From positions 416,001 to 480,000 of the forward strand of contig OZ240248.1 in the NCBI GenBank assembly GCA_965198235.1: a stretch of 64,000 bases of DNA, written 5' to 3'. The DNA comes from Candidatus Poribacteria bacterium. Lineage in GTDB: Bacteria > Poribacteria > WGA-4E > WGA-3G. A model generated the notes under the pieces. That model worked only from the letters and a program-made list of their open reading frames with translations, searched no databases and was not told the origin of the DNA. The position numbers and the translations under genes are program-made. The number at the start of each line of letters is the position of its first letter. The first letter of the stretch is position 1. Shown here piece by piece: positions 1 through 9,539 of the stretch.

Positions 1-78
1 AGGCGCGCTTTGTAAACGCTCCGGTGCTGTATCGATCAACACTTTACCCTTTTTTGCTGGTGAGATTTCATGAAGTTA

Positions 79-1203
79 ACGCCTTGTGCTAATTAGTTTT
101 GTTTTCATAGAGTTTCGCTTATGCGAGAACGAGCTCCTTGAGTTTCATCAAGGGGTGTCCCAAACATAGGTTAAGGAAAGCCCCGAGAAGACACGCCCCG
201 AACTTGTTGCTCATCCGGGTCTGCATCCCCCAATGCGCTCGCGCACGAATCCGAGATATACAGAACTGTTCTGTGAGTTGAGCAATCGTGGTTTCAATAC
301 GGCGGCGCAACCGCACTTGGAGTTTCCGAAACGATTGGGTATATTGCGCTTTCTGGTTGCTGCGCAACGTCGGTAATAAGACCGTGTCTTGTGTTTCTAA
401 AAGTTCATCCTGCAGGGGCATAGAGATATACCCTTTGTCTCCAAGCAGAATCGGATACCTGCTACGTTCACAGAGCAATGGCAGCACGTCTCGGTCATCT
501 ATATCCCCAGAGGCAATCGCAAAGTCAACCGGAAGACCAGCAGCCGTGGTGACCAGACTCCCGCGAAAACCGAAAAACGTGCCGAGACCTTTCGTCGCAC
601 AGTGTCCATAAGTCGCCAGGGTCCCCGTGGCATCCGCCCACTTCAAGTCAGACTTTGAAGACTTCGCACGTTTGAAATCGCAGAGAGGTATTGGAAAAGA
701 ATCGACGATAAAAACATGCTGCTTCGGGAAATACTGCGTCAATGCGCGACGCAGGACTTCGCTCGCACCCGAGAGATTTCTTCGCCGGCGATTGAAACGC
801 GACCGCTCCGGTGAAGACGGAAAAACCGTTTTCAGTTCCGCTTGGATACGGGCATACCCTGAGTTTTCACTGTCCGCACCGATGTATTCAAGCAACCAAC
901 TTATTGTGAGAATGTCACTATCTCGACACGCAGGGATGGGACCCGGACGATGTGCCTCAGCATTCGGGAAGTTGGCATCATAAAGCGTTTTCATGATCTT
1001 TTGAAACACACGCGCAACTCTACGGAGCGTGCGAGGTTGATTTTGCAGTTGCAAAACAGTGCGTTGTAAAGTAGACTGTAAGTCCATCCTTATGCCTCCT
1101 TTTGTTTGCTGACTTATAGGATAGCATAGGGATGGCTTTATGAATACACAAACTCAATATGTGTGAAATGCAGAAAAACAATAAGTTAACTAACACAAGG
1201 CGT
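79..1203 (-). mobile_element. IS982-family insertion sequence, apparently complete
   Basis: Imperfect terminal IRs ACGCCTTGTGCTAATTA (from 79) and TAACTAACACAAGGCGT (to 1203); 7-bp direct repeat GAAGTTA at 72-78 and 1204-1210; single DDE transposase inside. Confidence 0.9.
119..1087 (-). CDS. IS982-family DDE transposase
   Basis: ERSRFNRRRR, IVDSFPIPLC, LLGDKGY and RRRIETT motifs typical of IS982 transposases. Confidence 0.9.
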   Translation of the reverse strand: MDLQSTLQRTVLQLQNQPRTLRRVARVFQKIMKTLYDANFPNAEAHRPGPIPACRDSDILTISWLLEYIGADSENSGYARIQAELKTVFPSSPERSRFNRRRRNLSGASEVLRRALTQYFPKQHVFIVDSFPIPLCDFKRAKSSKSDLKWADATGTLATYGHCATKGLGTFFGFRGSLVTTAAGLPVDFAIASGDIDDRDVLPLLCERSRYPILLGDKGYISMPLQDELLETQDTVLLPTLRSNQKAQYTQSFRKLQVRLRRRIETTIAQLTEQFCISRIRARAHWGMQTRMSNKFGACLLGAFLNLCLGHPLMKLKELVLA

Positions 1204-1216
1204 GAAGTTACCTAAA

Positions 1217-1342
1217 TAGGACTTCCGCAAAATCCATTTTTATAGAAGCAGGACTTCCGCAAACGCCTTTGCTGGCGAGGTTTGCAACCTCGCCAGCGGC
1301 GCGTTATACGTGGGATCTCATGGAAAAATTGCGTAAGTCCTA
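1217..1342. mobile_element. Non-autonomous MITE with TAGGACTT(A/C)CGCA...TGCGTAAGTCCTA ends and an internal GCTGGCGAGGTT/AACCTCGCCAGC palindrome
   Basis: Terminal inverted repeats; homologous inverted copy at 39023-39184. Confidence 0.7.
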
Positions 1343-1495
1343 TAGGTGTAACGCGTAATGTCTTTCATATTCAGTCCTTAGTATCCTCAATAGCCCTACT
1401 AAATTGCCTCTTTCACCGGATGGTTCACCGAGGTCCTGTGTTGGGAGAAATTCGTCGTTATGAGTTTACGCTGGTTGTAGGTGACAACTTGGACG

Positions 1496-1584
1496 TTATT
1501 CAAGACGATCTTCAAGTTCATCCATTGTGGTGGCAAAGGCATCACCAAGATTGATCTGTAGCTTATCCGCTAAGATAAGGAATT
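1496..1584 (-). pseudogene. 3' remnant of a probable MazG-like nucleotide pyrophosphohydrolase gene cut by IS3
   Basis: FLILADKLQINLGDAFATTMDELEDRLE* resembles the MazG-like C-terminal helix; the frame ends at the IS3 left end. Confidence 0.45.
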
Positions 1585-2567
1585 TGTACTGCCATCGGAA
1601 ATTCAGACCACCCTCTAAACCAAGATTGTGATACAATACAATCTCACAGAAAGGAGAATTCCGATGGCGAAACGAAAACGAAGAACCTTCACCCCCGAGT
1701 TTAAAACGGAGGTCGTTCTTGAGACCCTCCGCGGTGAAAGTTCGCAAGCAGAACTGTGTAGGCGACATAACCTCAGCGAAGAGCAGGTCTCAAAATGGAA
1801 GCAGCAGTTCCTTGAAAATGCGGTGTCTGTGTTTGCCTCGACGGATCAGCAGTCCAGCGAGGCGGCGGAGCGTATTGCTCACCTTGAACACCTCGTGGGG
1901 CGGTTGACCGTGGCGTTAGACATCCAAAAAAAAGCATTGACCTTCTTGAGTTGATCCCGTCTGAAGAATGCCAAATCGTAGAGGCATTACGGACGGAGTA
2001 CTCGGTGCGAGAGATTTGCGAGACGCTCGGTTTCACCCGGAGCAACTTCTATTATCAACCGAAAAAGGACCCGTCTGAAGAAGTCCTGCGAGCAGAAATA
2101 GAGCAGTTAGCCGCGGCGTATCCGACATACGGATATAGGCGTATCACGCACTTGCTGGTGAAGGCGGGATATCCCGTTGGGTATCGGCGTGTTGCCCGAT
2201 TGATGAAATCCGAGAACCTCTGCGTTGCTGCTAAATGTGCGTGTCAAACGACTCACTCCAGGGACAGGGGGCATCCGTGGGGGAATCGACTTGAGAATCT
2301 TGATATCTGTCGGCACGATCAAGTCTGGGTTGGCGATATTACCTACGTCCGCCTCAAGGGACATTTCGTCTATGTCGCTCTGCTCATGGATGTCTTCACT
2401 CGCATGATAAGAGGGTGGCAGATCAGCCACCACTTAAACACATCTCTGACGCTGAAACCGCTACAAGAGGCATTGTGCCAAAGTGTGCCGGAGATCCACC
2501 ACAGCGATCAAGGTGTGCAATATCTTTCAAATGCTTACATCTCAACGCTGAGGTGTCATAACATTGA
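1585..2567 (+). mobile_element. IS3-family element, 3'-truncated
   Basis: Left IR TGTACTGCCATCGGAAATTCAGACCA at 1585; orfA/orfB with an A8G slippery site near 1926-1934; no right IR seen. Confidence 0.85.
1664..1954 (+). CDS. IS3 transposase OrfA (HTH)
   Basis: RRTFTPEFKTEVV...ELCRRHNL...KWKQQF; SD AAGGAG before ATG 1664. Confidence 0.85.
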   Translation: MAKRKRRTFTPEFKTEVVLETLRGESSQAELCRRHNLSEEQVSKWKQQFLENAVSVFASTDQQSSEAAERIAHLEHLVGRLTVALDIQKKALTFLS

Positions 2568-2634
2568 TTACTTCTTATTGCTGAAGATGGAGAAAATCTT
2601 GTTTCGAGGATACTACCGATTGCTTATTCAGTAG
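1951..2634 (+). pseudogene. IS3 transposase OrfB (rve), truncated before the catalytic Glu
   Basis: YGYRRIT, WVGDITY and HHSDQGVQY present; after about 2565 the frame runs into out-of-frame hsdS sequence. Confidence 0.8.
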
Positions 2635-2978
2635 AGGGTAAATCGTGGGTTAATAATCACGCTCATGTTTTAAAAGTCAATGAGATTAACCAATTTTTCT
2701 TGGAATACTATTTTAATTCAATTGATTTATCCCCGTATTTGAGTGGGGCAACGAGACCAAAATTGAATAAAGCATCGTTATTAAATATTCCGGTACCAAG
2801 ACCCAGCAAAGAAGAAACAGACGAGATTGCTTTAGTGTTGGTCAGTTGTGATACCAAAGTCGCTGCTCTCGAACGAGAAGTTGAACTTATGGGTGAACTC
2901 TTCCACGCTATGCTTGACGAATTAATGACCGGGCAGCGGTCTGCTGTCCCGCTGATTGATACCGAATTGGTGAACTAA
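2568..2978 (+). pseudogene. hsdS: Type I RM specificity subunit, C-terminal remnant
   Basis: Frame open from 2568: LLLIAEDGENL...WVNNHAHVLK...GATRPKLN...IPVPRP...LDELMTG (partial TRD plus conserved helix); no 5' half. Confidence 0.85.
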
Positions 2979-3117
2979 CAGATTTCCTCGACGATAAGCG
3001 TTATTTATGTTAAAATAATTATCACATAACGATTGATAGTTTGCTTTCACTTCACGCCGCGCCGTGAAACCCAAAGACGTGAGTTCAACATAAACGTTTG
3101 TTTTCCGCTTTCGCAGA

Positions 3118-3258
3118 GTACTCTGAAATTTTCAGAGTACGTTCTGAAAACCTATACCGAAAAAATGTCGATAAATCCAGTCATAATCAGGGTTCACAAC
3201 ACTTTTGAAGAGACAATCATTTTTGCACTTTACTCTGAATACTCTGAAATTTTCAGAG
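3118..3258. repeat. Two copies of the palindrome TACTCTGAAATTTTCAGAG
   Basis: 11-bp perfect arms at 3118-3140; second copy at 3240-3258. Confidence 0.7.
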
Positions 3259-3469
3259 ATGGCATTGTATTGCACTTGAATCCTGATTCTGATAATAGAA
3301 CCGTAGAACACGAATAGGTCAACCCCAGAAGGGTAGCATCTCTGTATTCTCAAAATCCGCGAAATCTGCGCAATCCGCGTAATCCGCGATTCAGACGAAT
3401 AATAGCCATCTTAACTGACAACTGATAACTGATAACTGAATACCTCTGAAACATTTACACACACGCATA

Positions 3470-3498
3470 TTGCGATTTTGCTTGTGAAATGCTATAAT
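3470..3498 (+). promoter_or_regulatory. Sigma-70 promoter for uma2-hsdR-M48
   Basis: TTGCGA-17 bp-TATAAT with extended TG. Confidence 0.65.
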
Positions 3499-3514
3499 CT
3501 GATAAATTCTATTC

Positions 3515-4102
3515 ATGGAATCAAACATGTCATCTATTGCAGCTGATACCTACATTACCCCCGAGGCATACCTCGCGTCGGAACGCAGGGCAAAGTTCAA
3601 AAGCGAATACATCCACGGCGAGGTACTCGCCATGTCTAGGGCAAGCAATGCACATAATCTTATCACGGTGGATATAACCACTGAACTGAACATCCAATTG
3701 CGCGGACGCGGTTGTGATGTCTACGCCAGCGATATGCGCGTTCGGACAAGTCCGACAGGTTCTTACTTCTACCCGGATGTCGCCGTTGTTTGCGATAAAC
3801 CCCGTTTTGAGGATAACGTTTTTGACACGCTTCTCAATCCCATTCTTGTCGTAGAGGTACTTTCACCATCAACCGAAACGTATGACAGAGGCGAGAAGTT
3901 TGCGCACTACCAAGAACTTACATCCTTGCGAGAATATATGCTTGTTTCACAAGACAGGATTCGCGTTGAGCATTTTCGTCTTGTTGAGACACAGTGGGTA
4001 GGAAAAACGTTTCACGCGCCTGAGGATGTCTTACTGCTCGATTCGATGGAATGCAAGTTGCCTGTGCGGGATATCTATACACGCGTCGCATTTCCTGATT
4101 AA
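3515..4102 (+). CDS. Uma2 (DUF820) family endonuclease
   Basis: EYIHGEVLAM, YPDVAVVC, VVEVLSPSTETYDRGEKF. Confidence 0.9.
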   Translation: MESNMSSIAADTYITPEAYLASERRAKFKSEYIHGEVLAMSRASNAHNLITVDITTELNIQLRGRGCDVYASDMRVRTSPTGSYFYPDVAVVCDKPRFEDNVFDTLLNPILVVEVLSPSTETYDRGEKFAHYQELTSLREYMLVSQDRIRVEHFRLVETQWVGKTFHAPEDVLLLDSMECKLPVRDIYTRVAFPD

Positions 4103-4141
4103 GGTGTGGGTGGGCTTTGTAAGCTCGATTTCGGTAGCATT

Positions 4142-7063
4142 ATGTCTGAACGTTCCGCAGTCCAAGAGCCAATGCTCAAATACGTTGACGAAATTGGCTG
4201 GCAGATTGTTTCTTCGCCAGAAGCCATCCGGATGCGCGGTGGGAACACCAACACGCTCTATTTTACCGAAGTACTGAAAACGCAGCTGCTGAAACTCAAT
4301 AAGGGTATCGTAGATGACTCCAATTGCGTTGATATTATGCGGCGACTCGGTTTGCTCAATGCGACACTTGAGGGAAATCAGGAAGCACTTTTCTGGATGC
4401 GCGGTGAAAGGTCAACTTTTGTCGCCAGTGAGAACCGCGAGCGCAATGTCACCCTGATCGACTTTGAAACCCCCGATAATAACCTATTTCACGTCACCGA
4501 TGAATGGGAACAGCAAAACGCAGTGCATCGCAATCGCGCCGATGTGGTATTCCTGATTAACGGGATTCCCGTGGCAATAGTGGAGGCAAAAAATGCCGGG
4601 AAACCGGACGGGTTAGCACTCGGTGTGGATCAAATCCGTCGCTACCACAATGAAACGCCGGAGATGTTTACCACCGCACAACTCTTCGGTGTCACGCAAC
4701 TGCTGGACTTTTTCTACGGTGTGACATGGAACGTTACTCGCAAAAACCTATTCAACTGGAAAACCGACGAAGCCTCCTGTCCCCCTGATAAGGGGGATTT
4801 AGGGGGTTGGGGGGTTGGGGGGTTAAACTACCAGCAGAAGGTCAAAACCTTCTTCGATCGCGATCGCTTCCTGAAGGTCCTGCAGCAGTCGATTATCTTC
4901 CAGAGCAAAGACGACCAACTCACCAAAATCGTGTTGCGTCAACACCAGACGCGTGCAGTGGAGAAGGTCATTGAACGGGTTCACGATCCAAACAAACGGC
5001 GCGGGCTTGTCTGGCATACGCAGGGTAGCGGCAAGACTCTCACCATGATAACGATTGCGGCGCGACTCTTGCGCGGTGAACAGCAGACAGAGAAACCTAC
5101 TGTGTTGATGGTCGTTGATCGCAATGAACTGGAGAGCCAACTCTTTAGAAATATCACCGGTTACGGCATCACCACGCTTGAAGTCGCACAGAGCAAGAAT
5201 GATTTGGAACAAATTCTATCCTCCGATTATCGCGGCTTAATCGTGTCAATGATTCATAAGTTTGACAAGAGACCCGCGAACCTCAATACCCGTGAGAGCG
5301 TAGTCGTGTTGATTGACGAGGCACACCGCACAACCGGCGGCGATTTTGGAAATTACCTGATGGCAGCTCTGCCCAACGCAACCTATATCGGTTTTACCGG
5401 CACTCCGATCGACAGGCTTTCCAAAGGTGAAGGAACGTTTAAGGTGTTTGGTATAGATGACGAACAGGGGTATCTCGACAAATACGCAATCGTTGAATCC
5501 ATTGAAGATGGCACCACTGTGCTGTTGAATTACGCGCTTGCTTCCTCCGGTTTACAAGTTGACCGTGAGACGTTGGAACGGGAATTTTTCAACCTCGCGC
5601 TAACGGAAGGCATAAGCGACTTTGAGGAACTCAATGCGGTCCTTGACAGTGCTGTTCAGTTAAAGGCGATGATGAAAGCACCTGACAGGATAGAGGGCAT
5701 TGCGGAATACGTTGCGGAACACTTCCGTGAAACTGTAGAGCCGATGGGCTTCAAGGCGTTTCTGGTGGCTGTAGACCGTGAGGCGTGTGCATTGTATAAG
5801 CAGGCACTGGATAAATATCTGCCGCTGGAGTATTCAGAAGTCGTCTATTCCAAGGACAATCGAGACGCTGCGTTTATGAAAGCCTATCACCGCACCTCAG
5901 ACGAGGAAAAAGAGATCCGCAAAAAATTCATCGACAAAAATGAGCAGCCGAAGATTCTGATTGTGACCCAGAAGCTATTGACAGGCTTTGACGCACCGAT
6001 TCTTTACTGCATGTATCTCGATAAACCGATGCGCGACCACGTGCTGTTACAGGCGATCGCCCGTGTCAACCGACCATACGAGGACGAAGATGGGCTGGTG
6101 AAACCTGCTGGTTTCGTCTTAGATTTTGTCGGTATTTTTGACAATCTCGAAAAGGCACTCGCCTTTGATTCTGACGAAGTGGAGAGTGTGATTCGCAATA
6201 TTGAAGTGCTCAAAGAAGATTTCGCCAAGCGAATCCGTGAAGATGCAGCGGCGTATCTGCCCCTTGCTCAGGGGTGGGACGATAAGGCAAAGGAGCGGGC
6301 GATTGAACATTTTGAAGACAAAGACAACCGAGAGGCTTTCTTCAAATTCTTCAGAGTGGTGCAAAATCTCTATGACATACTTTCACCGGATGCCTTCTTA
6401 CATCCGTTTATAGTGGATTATCAGGCGTTGGCAACCCTCTATGGACTGATTCGTAACACCTATTCCGATCGTCCCTATGTTGATAAGGAGTTGACTGCCA
6501 AAACACGCAAGCTGTTGCAGGCGCATACCGAAAGCGTTCTATTTGAGTTGCCGGATGCCGTTTATGAATTGCGAGCAGATACTTTGCAGAAGATAGATCA
6601 GAGCGATTCATCCGATACGGTCAAGGTACAGAATTTAAGGAAGGCACTACATCGCACAGTAACCAGCGAAGGCAGCTCCAAACCCTTCGTGATTTCCATT
6701 GGCGAACGCGCGGAAGCAGTCACAGCGGCTTATGAAAATCGTCAGATGGCGACGCAAGATGTGTTGGCTGAGTTTAGACGGTTAGCAGAGGAGTATGCGC
6801 ACGCTGCAAGAGAAAGTGAGCGACTCGGCATGGATGAGAACACCTTTGCAGTCTATACAGTTCTCAGGAATGCTATAGAAGATGTTAATCCCGAGCAGGC
6901 GCGAGCCGTTGATCAAGTGTTTGCGGAATTTCCTGATTATCGGTGGGATGACCATCAACAAAGTCAGTTACGGATGATGCTCTACCGCACATTGAGACCT
7001 ACGGTGGGTATGGAAAATCTGATTGAGACGACAAATCAATTGTTGAGGTTGGAACGCGTATGA
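4142..7063 (+). CDS. hsdR: Type I restriction endonuclease subunit R
   Basis: D...EAK nuclease motif, HTQGSGKT Walker A, DEAH, FTGTP, LLTGFDAP, QAIARVNR; start moved to MSERSAVQ. Confidence 0.95.
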   Translation: MSERSAVQEPMLKYVDEIGWQIVSSPEAIRMRGGNTNTLYFTEVLKTQLLKLNKGIVDDSNCVDIMRRLGLLNATLEGNQEALFWMRGERSTFVASENRERNVTLIDFETPDNNLFHVTDEWEQQNAVHRNRADVVFLINGIPVAIVEAKNAGKPDGLALGVDQIRRYHNETPEMFTTAQLFGVTQLLDFFYGVTWNVTRKNLFNWKTDEASCPPDKGDLGGWGVGGLNYQQKVKTFFDRDRFLKVLQQSIIFQSKDDQLTKIVLRQHQTRAVEKVIERVHDPNKRRGLVWHTQGSGKTLTMITIAARLLRGEQQTEKPTVLMVVDRNELESQLFRNITGYGITTLEVAQSKNDLEQILSSDYRGLIVSMIHKFDKRPANLNTRESVVVLIDEAHRTTGGDFGNYLMAALPNATYIGFTGTPIDRLSKGEGTFKVFGIDDEQGYLDKYAIVESIEDGTTVLLNYALASSGLQVDRETLEREFFNLALTEGISDFEELNAVLDSAVQLKAMMKAPDRIEGIAEYVAEHFRETVEPMGFKAFLVAVDREACALYKQALDKYLPLEYSEVVYSKDNRDAAFMKAYHRTSDEEKEIRKKFIDKNEQPKILIVTQKLLTGFDAPILYCMYLDKPMRDHVLLQAIARVNRPYEDEDGLVKPAGFVLDFVGIFDNLEKALAFDSDEVESVIRNIEVLKEDFAKRIREDAAAYLPLAQGWDDKAKERAIEHFEDKDNREAFFKFFRVVQNLYDILSPDAFLHPFIVDYQALATLYGLIRNTYSDRPYVDKELTAKTRKLLQAHTESVLFELPDAVYELRADTLQKIDQSDSSDTVKVQNLRKALHRTVTSEGSSKPFVISIGERAEAVTAAYENRQMATQDVLAEFRRLAEEYAHAARESERLGMDENTFAVYTVLRNAIEDVNPEQARAVDQVFAEFPDYRWDDHQQSQLRMMLYRTLRPTVGMENLIETTNQLLRLERV

Positions 7064-7395
7064 ACGCCAATAAAGTAGCAGGCACACGCCGTAGGCTTCC
7101 GTTACACCCAGCGGATTTAAAGGACGCTGTGTGGTACTGGGCAGACCGTATCGGTGTGAAGGTGCGAGAGATTCATCTCCGCCAGATGCAGCGGAAATGG
7201 GCATCTATATCAATGAAGGGGCGATTGACGCTCAACACGGATCTGCTCAATTTGCCGGAGGCGTTGACGGAATACGTGATTGTCCATGAATTGGTGCATC
7301 TGCTTGTTCCGAATCACGGTAAGTTGTTTAAGAGTTTCATGTCCGCGTATCTTCCAGATTGGGAGGAGAGACAGAACCACCTGAAATCGCTTTAA
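7060..7395 (+). CDS. Short M48/YgjP (DUF45)-family metallopeptidase
   Basis: YVIVHELVHL HEXXH, NHGKLF; overlaps hsdR stop (ATGA), a common hsdR neighbour. Confidence 0.85.
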   Translation: MNANKVAGTRRRLPLHPADLKDAVWYWADRIGVKVREIHLRQMQRKWASISMKGRLTLNTDLLNLPEALTEYVIVHELVHLLVPNHGKLFKSFMSAYLPDWEERQNHLKSL

Positions 7396-7457
7396 GGAGA
7401 ATGCAACATAACAGTCGAGTCTCTCTTGCGTGCCTAACAGTCATGGCAGTAAAAACA

Positions 7458-7486
7458 TTGACTTCCAAGGAAGAATATAGTATAAT
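7458..7486 (+). promoter_or_regulatory. Sigma-70 promoter of the three-gene TA-like operon
   Basis: TTGACT-17 bp-TATAAT. Confidence 0.75.
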
Positions 7487-7634
7487 TACACTACGTCGTA
7501 ATCGGCATAGATAAACCTATCGTTTAATAAGTATGTCTATACTGGCTTATAGATATTCGGCTTTAGCACCGGATAGGTGCTATGCAGAGCGTTTGTGCAA
7601 ACGATCCAAGCCAAATTCTTGAAAGGTATTACTC

Positions 7635-8282
7635 ATGAAATTGGACAAACCCTCTAATGTGCTGGTTATTGTAGGTGGTTGGAATAGGCATATATTTACT
7701 CAAGATTGGATTAAGAGATACCTTTTCCCTGGGGAACAGGAAGAATGCACAATAGATATGTTGGTTGCCCAAGGCTTCAACGCACAATTTGTTTCTCCAC
7801 GAATATTGTCGAAAGAAGTTGAAATTCTATTCCAAGAGAATAGGCTAAACTTCAATCCAGTAGAAAACAAAAACGAAAATTTTGACCGAATACAAGAGCT
7901 TGCTCTACAACTTGCCGATTATCTCCCTCATACTCCAGTTACAGCATACGGTGTCAACTTCCTTTTTACTGAAAACAAGGTCAGTGGAGATCTCATAAAT
8001 CTGGTACGCCCAAGAGATTTAGAAAAAATTGAACAGTTTGGTGGATCATTAACCAGTGAGCAATATACTCGTCGTTTGGTACTGAATGGGCGAATCCTCA
8101 ACATTACCATTAAGATTGAGGGCGAGAAAGCTATTTTTGACCTTAATTTCCATTTTAATATTCGCAATTTAGTCGAGTTTAAGGCAGGAATCTCAGAAAC
8201 TTCAATACTTGAATTGAAACAAGAAGCAATACAATTTATCACTGAAATCTATAGTTTGGAGTTGGAAGGAGAGAACGAATGA
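7635..8282 (+). CDS. Hypothetical protein, first gene of the TA-like operon
   Basis: 215-aa ORF with upstream AAAGG; IVGGWN...IF...W and LPHTPVTAYGVNF motifs; coupled to the next gene (ATGA). Confidence 0.75.
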   Translation: MKLDKPSNVLVIVGGWNRHIFTQDWIKRYLFPGEQEECTIDMLVAQGFNAQFVSPRILSKEVEILFQENRLNFNPVENKNENFDRIQELALQLADYLPHTPVTAYGVNFLFTENKVSGDLINLVRPRDLEKIEQFGGSLTSEQYTRRLVLNGRILNITIKIEGEKAIFDLNFHFNIRNLVEFKAGISETSILELKQEAIQFITEIYSLELEGENE

Positions 8283-8956
8283 GTAAATGGGACGACACAA
8301 ACACAACGCTTAGAGATGTGAGTACTTTTTCCGAAGAAGTGATTACCTCTGAAGAAGATATGGTTGTTTCCACAAATATGGATGCCGATGAGAGGGGTGT
8401 AAACACTTCTAATTTAGAGTTTAATGAAGACACCAATTTTGAACCGTTGGAAAACGGAGCTTGGAAAGAGCCGCAGAATCCAGACCCTGAACCACCGAGA
8501 ATCCAGGTCTTTGATGTCGCTGCCTATATTTTGGAACGTATGGGAACGATGACGACTATGAAGCTTCAGAAATTGGTTTATTACAGTCAAGCGTGGTCGT
8601 TGGTGTGGGACGAGAAGCGGCTATTTGAGGAAGATGTTGAAGCTTGGGCAAATGGTCCCGTGGTCAGAAATCTGTTTGATTACCATCGCGGCATGTACGA
8701 AATATCATCAATGCCAATTGGCAACCCTCGTTTATTAAATCGGATACAGCAGGAAACAGTGGATGCCGTACTTGAATATTATGGGGATAAGTCTGCCCAA
8801 TGGCTCATTGAACTTACACACATGGAAGATCCTTGGGTTCAGGCAAGGAAAGGGTTACCTAGATTGGAGCGCGGTAATCGAGTTATATCTTTAGACGCGA
8901 TGGCAGATTACTATAGTTCCTTGCCGGTTGAGGACAATTGCGAAGATGAGGGATAG
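8279..8956 (+). CDS. Panacea/SocA-like (DUF4065) antitoxin with acidic N-terminal extension
   Basis: MKLQKLVYYSQAW, EAWANGPV, LIELTHMEDPW. Confidence 0.85.
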   Translation: MSKWDDTNTTLRDVSTFSEEVITSEEDMVVSTNMDADERGVNTSNLEFNEDTNFEPLENGAWKEPQNPDPEPPRIQVFDVAAYILERMGTMTTMKLQKLVYYSQAWSLVWDEKRLFEEDVEAWANGPVVRNLFDYHRGMYEISSMPIGNPRLLNRIQQETVDAVLEYYGDKSAQWLIELTHMEDPWVQARKGLPRLERGNRVISLDAMADYYSSLPVEDNCEDEG

Positions 8957-9495
8957 AAGAGCACGCCAAAATCGCAATCCGAGGTCAAGGAAGAGAGCTG
9001 CATCTTCTCCTATAACGCCGACCCAAAACAGGAAACTTGTGTGGAAAGTTACAGGAATTGATGACAACGGACCATGGGGCTGGAATCGAATAACTTGTCC
9101 TGACTTCTTGAGGAATATATGGGAAAAGATGCGTAACTTTGAAACTATGACCTGGGTTGATATATTAGGGCGAGATCACCATGAGATACCTGTTGGTAAT
9201 ATCATAAGGCAGGCACAAAAGCGGCTAGTGCTTTGTCACTGGCTGTTTGACGCATAGAAATCGCGAGCACAGCTCGCTCCTACAGGGAAAATAGACGAGG
9301 GAAATACTTTTTATCCATCGTTTTAGGCTTGACACAACACTAGAGGAGTTAGGGCATGATGACGAGGAGACATTGGTTTCATTCCATATAACTGGCAGAC
9401 AACGAATTTGGGCAATTCGATCCGGAGAAGAGGCTTTCCTACTTTGGTGGGATCCCGAGCATGAAATTTATCCATCATCCCTGAAGCACACGTAA
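8946..9495 (+). pseudogene. Putative (RelE-like) toxin interrupted by a MITE
   Basis: Removing 9229-9343 restores a 144-aa ORF ...AQKRL|EELGHDDEETLVSFHITGRQRIWAIRSGEEAFLLWWDPEHEIYPSSLKHT*. Confidence 0.8.
9229..9343. mobile_element. 115-bp MITE insertion
   Basis: CTAG at 9225-9228 and 9340-9343; IR CTAGTGCTTTGTCA / TGACACAACACTAG; internal REP-like GCGAGCACAGCTCGCTCCTAC. Confidence 0.85.
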
Positions 9496-9539
9496 ACGAG
9501 CGTTTAACAATAGGAGACGAGGACATTTAATTTTCGGTA

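Noticed and set aside
1-71. Coding fragment at the window start
   Set aside because: Too short to assign frame or strand
3033-3353. Short ORFs between hsdS and uma2
   Set aside because: No SD or motifs; they overlap palindromes and repeats
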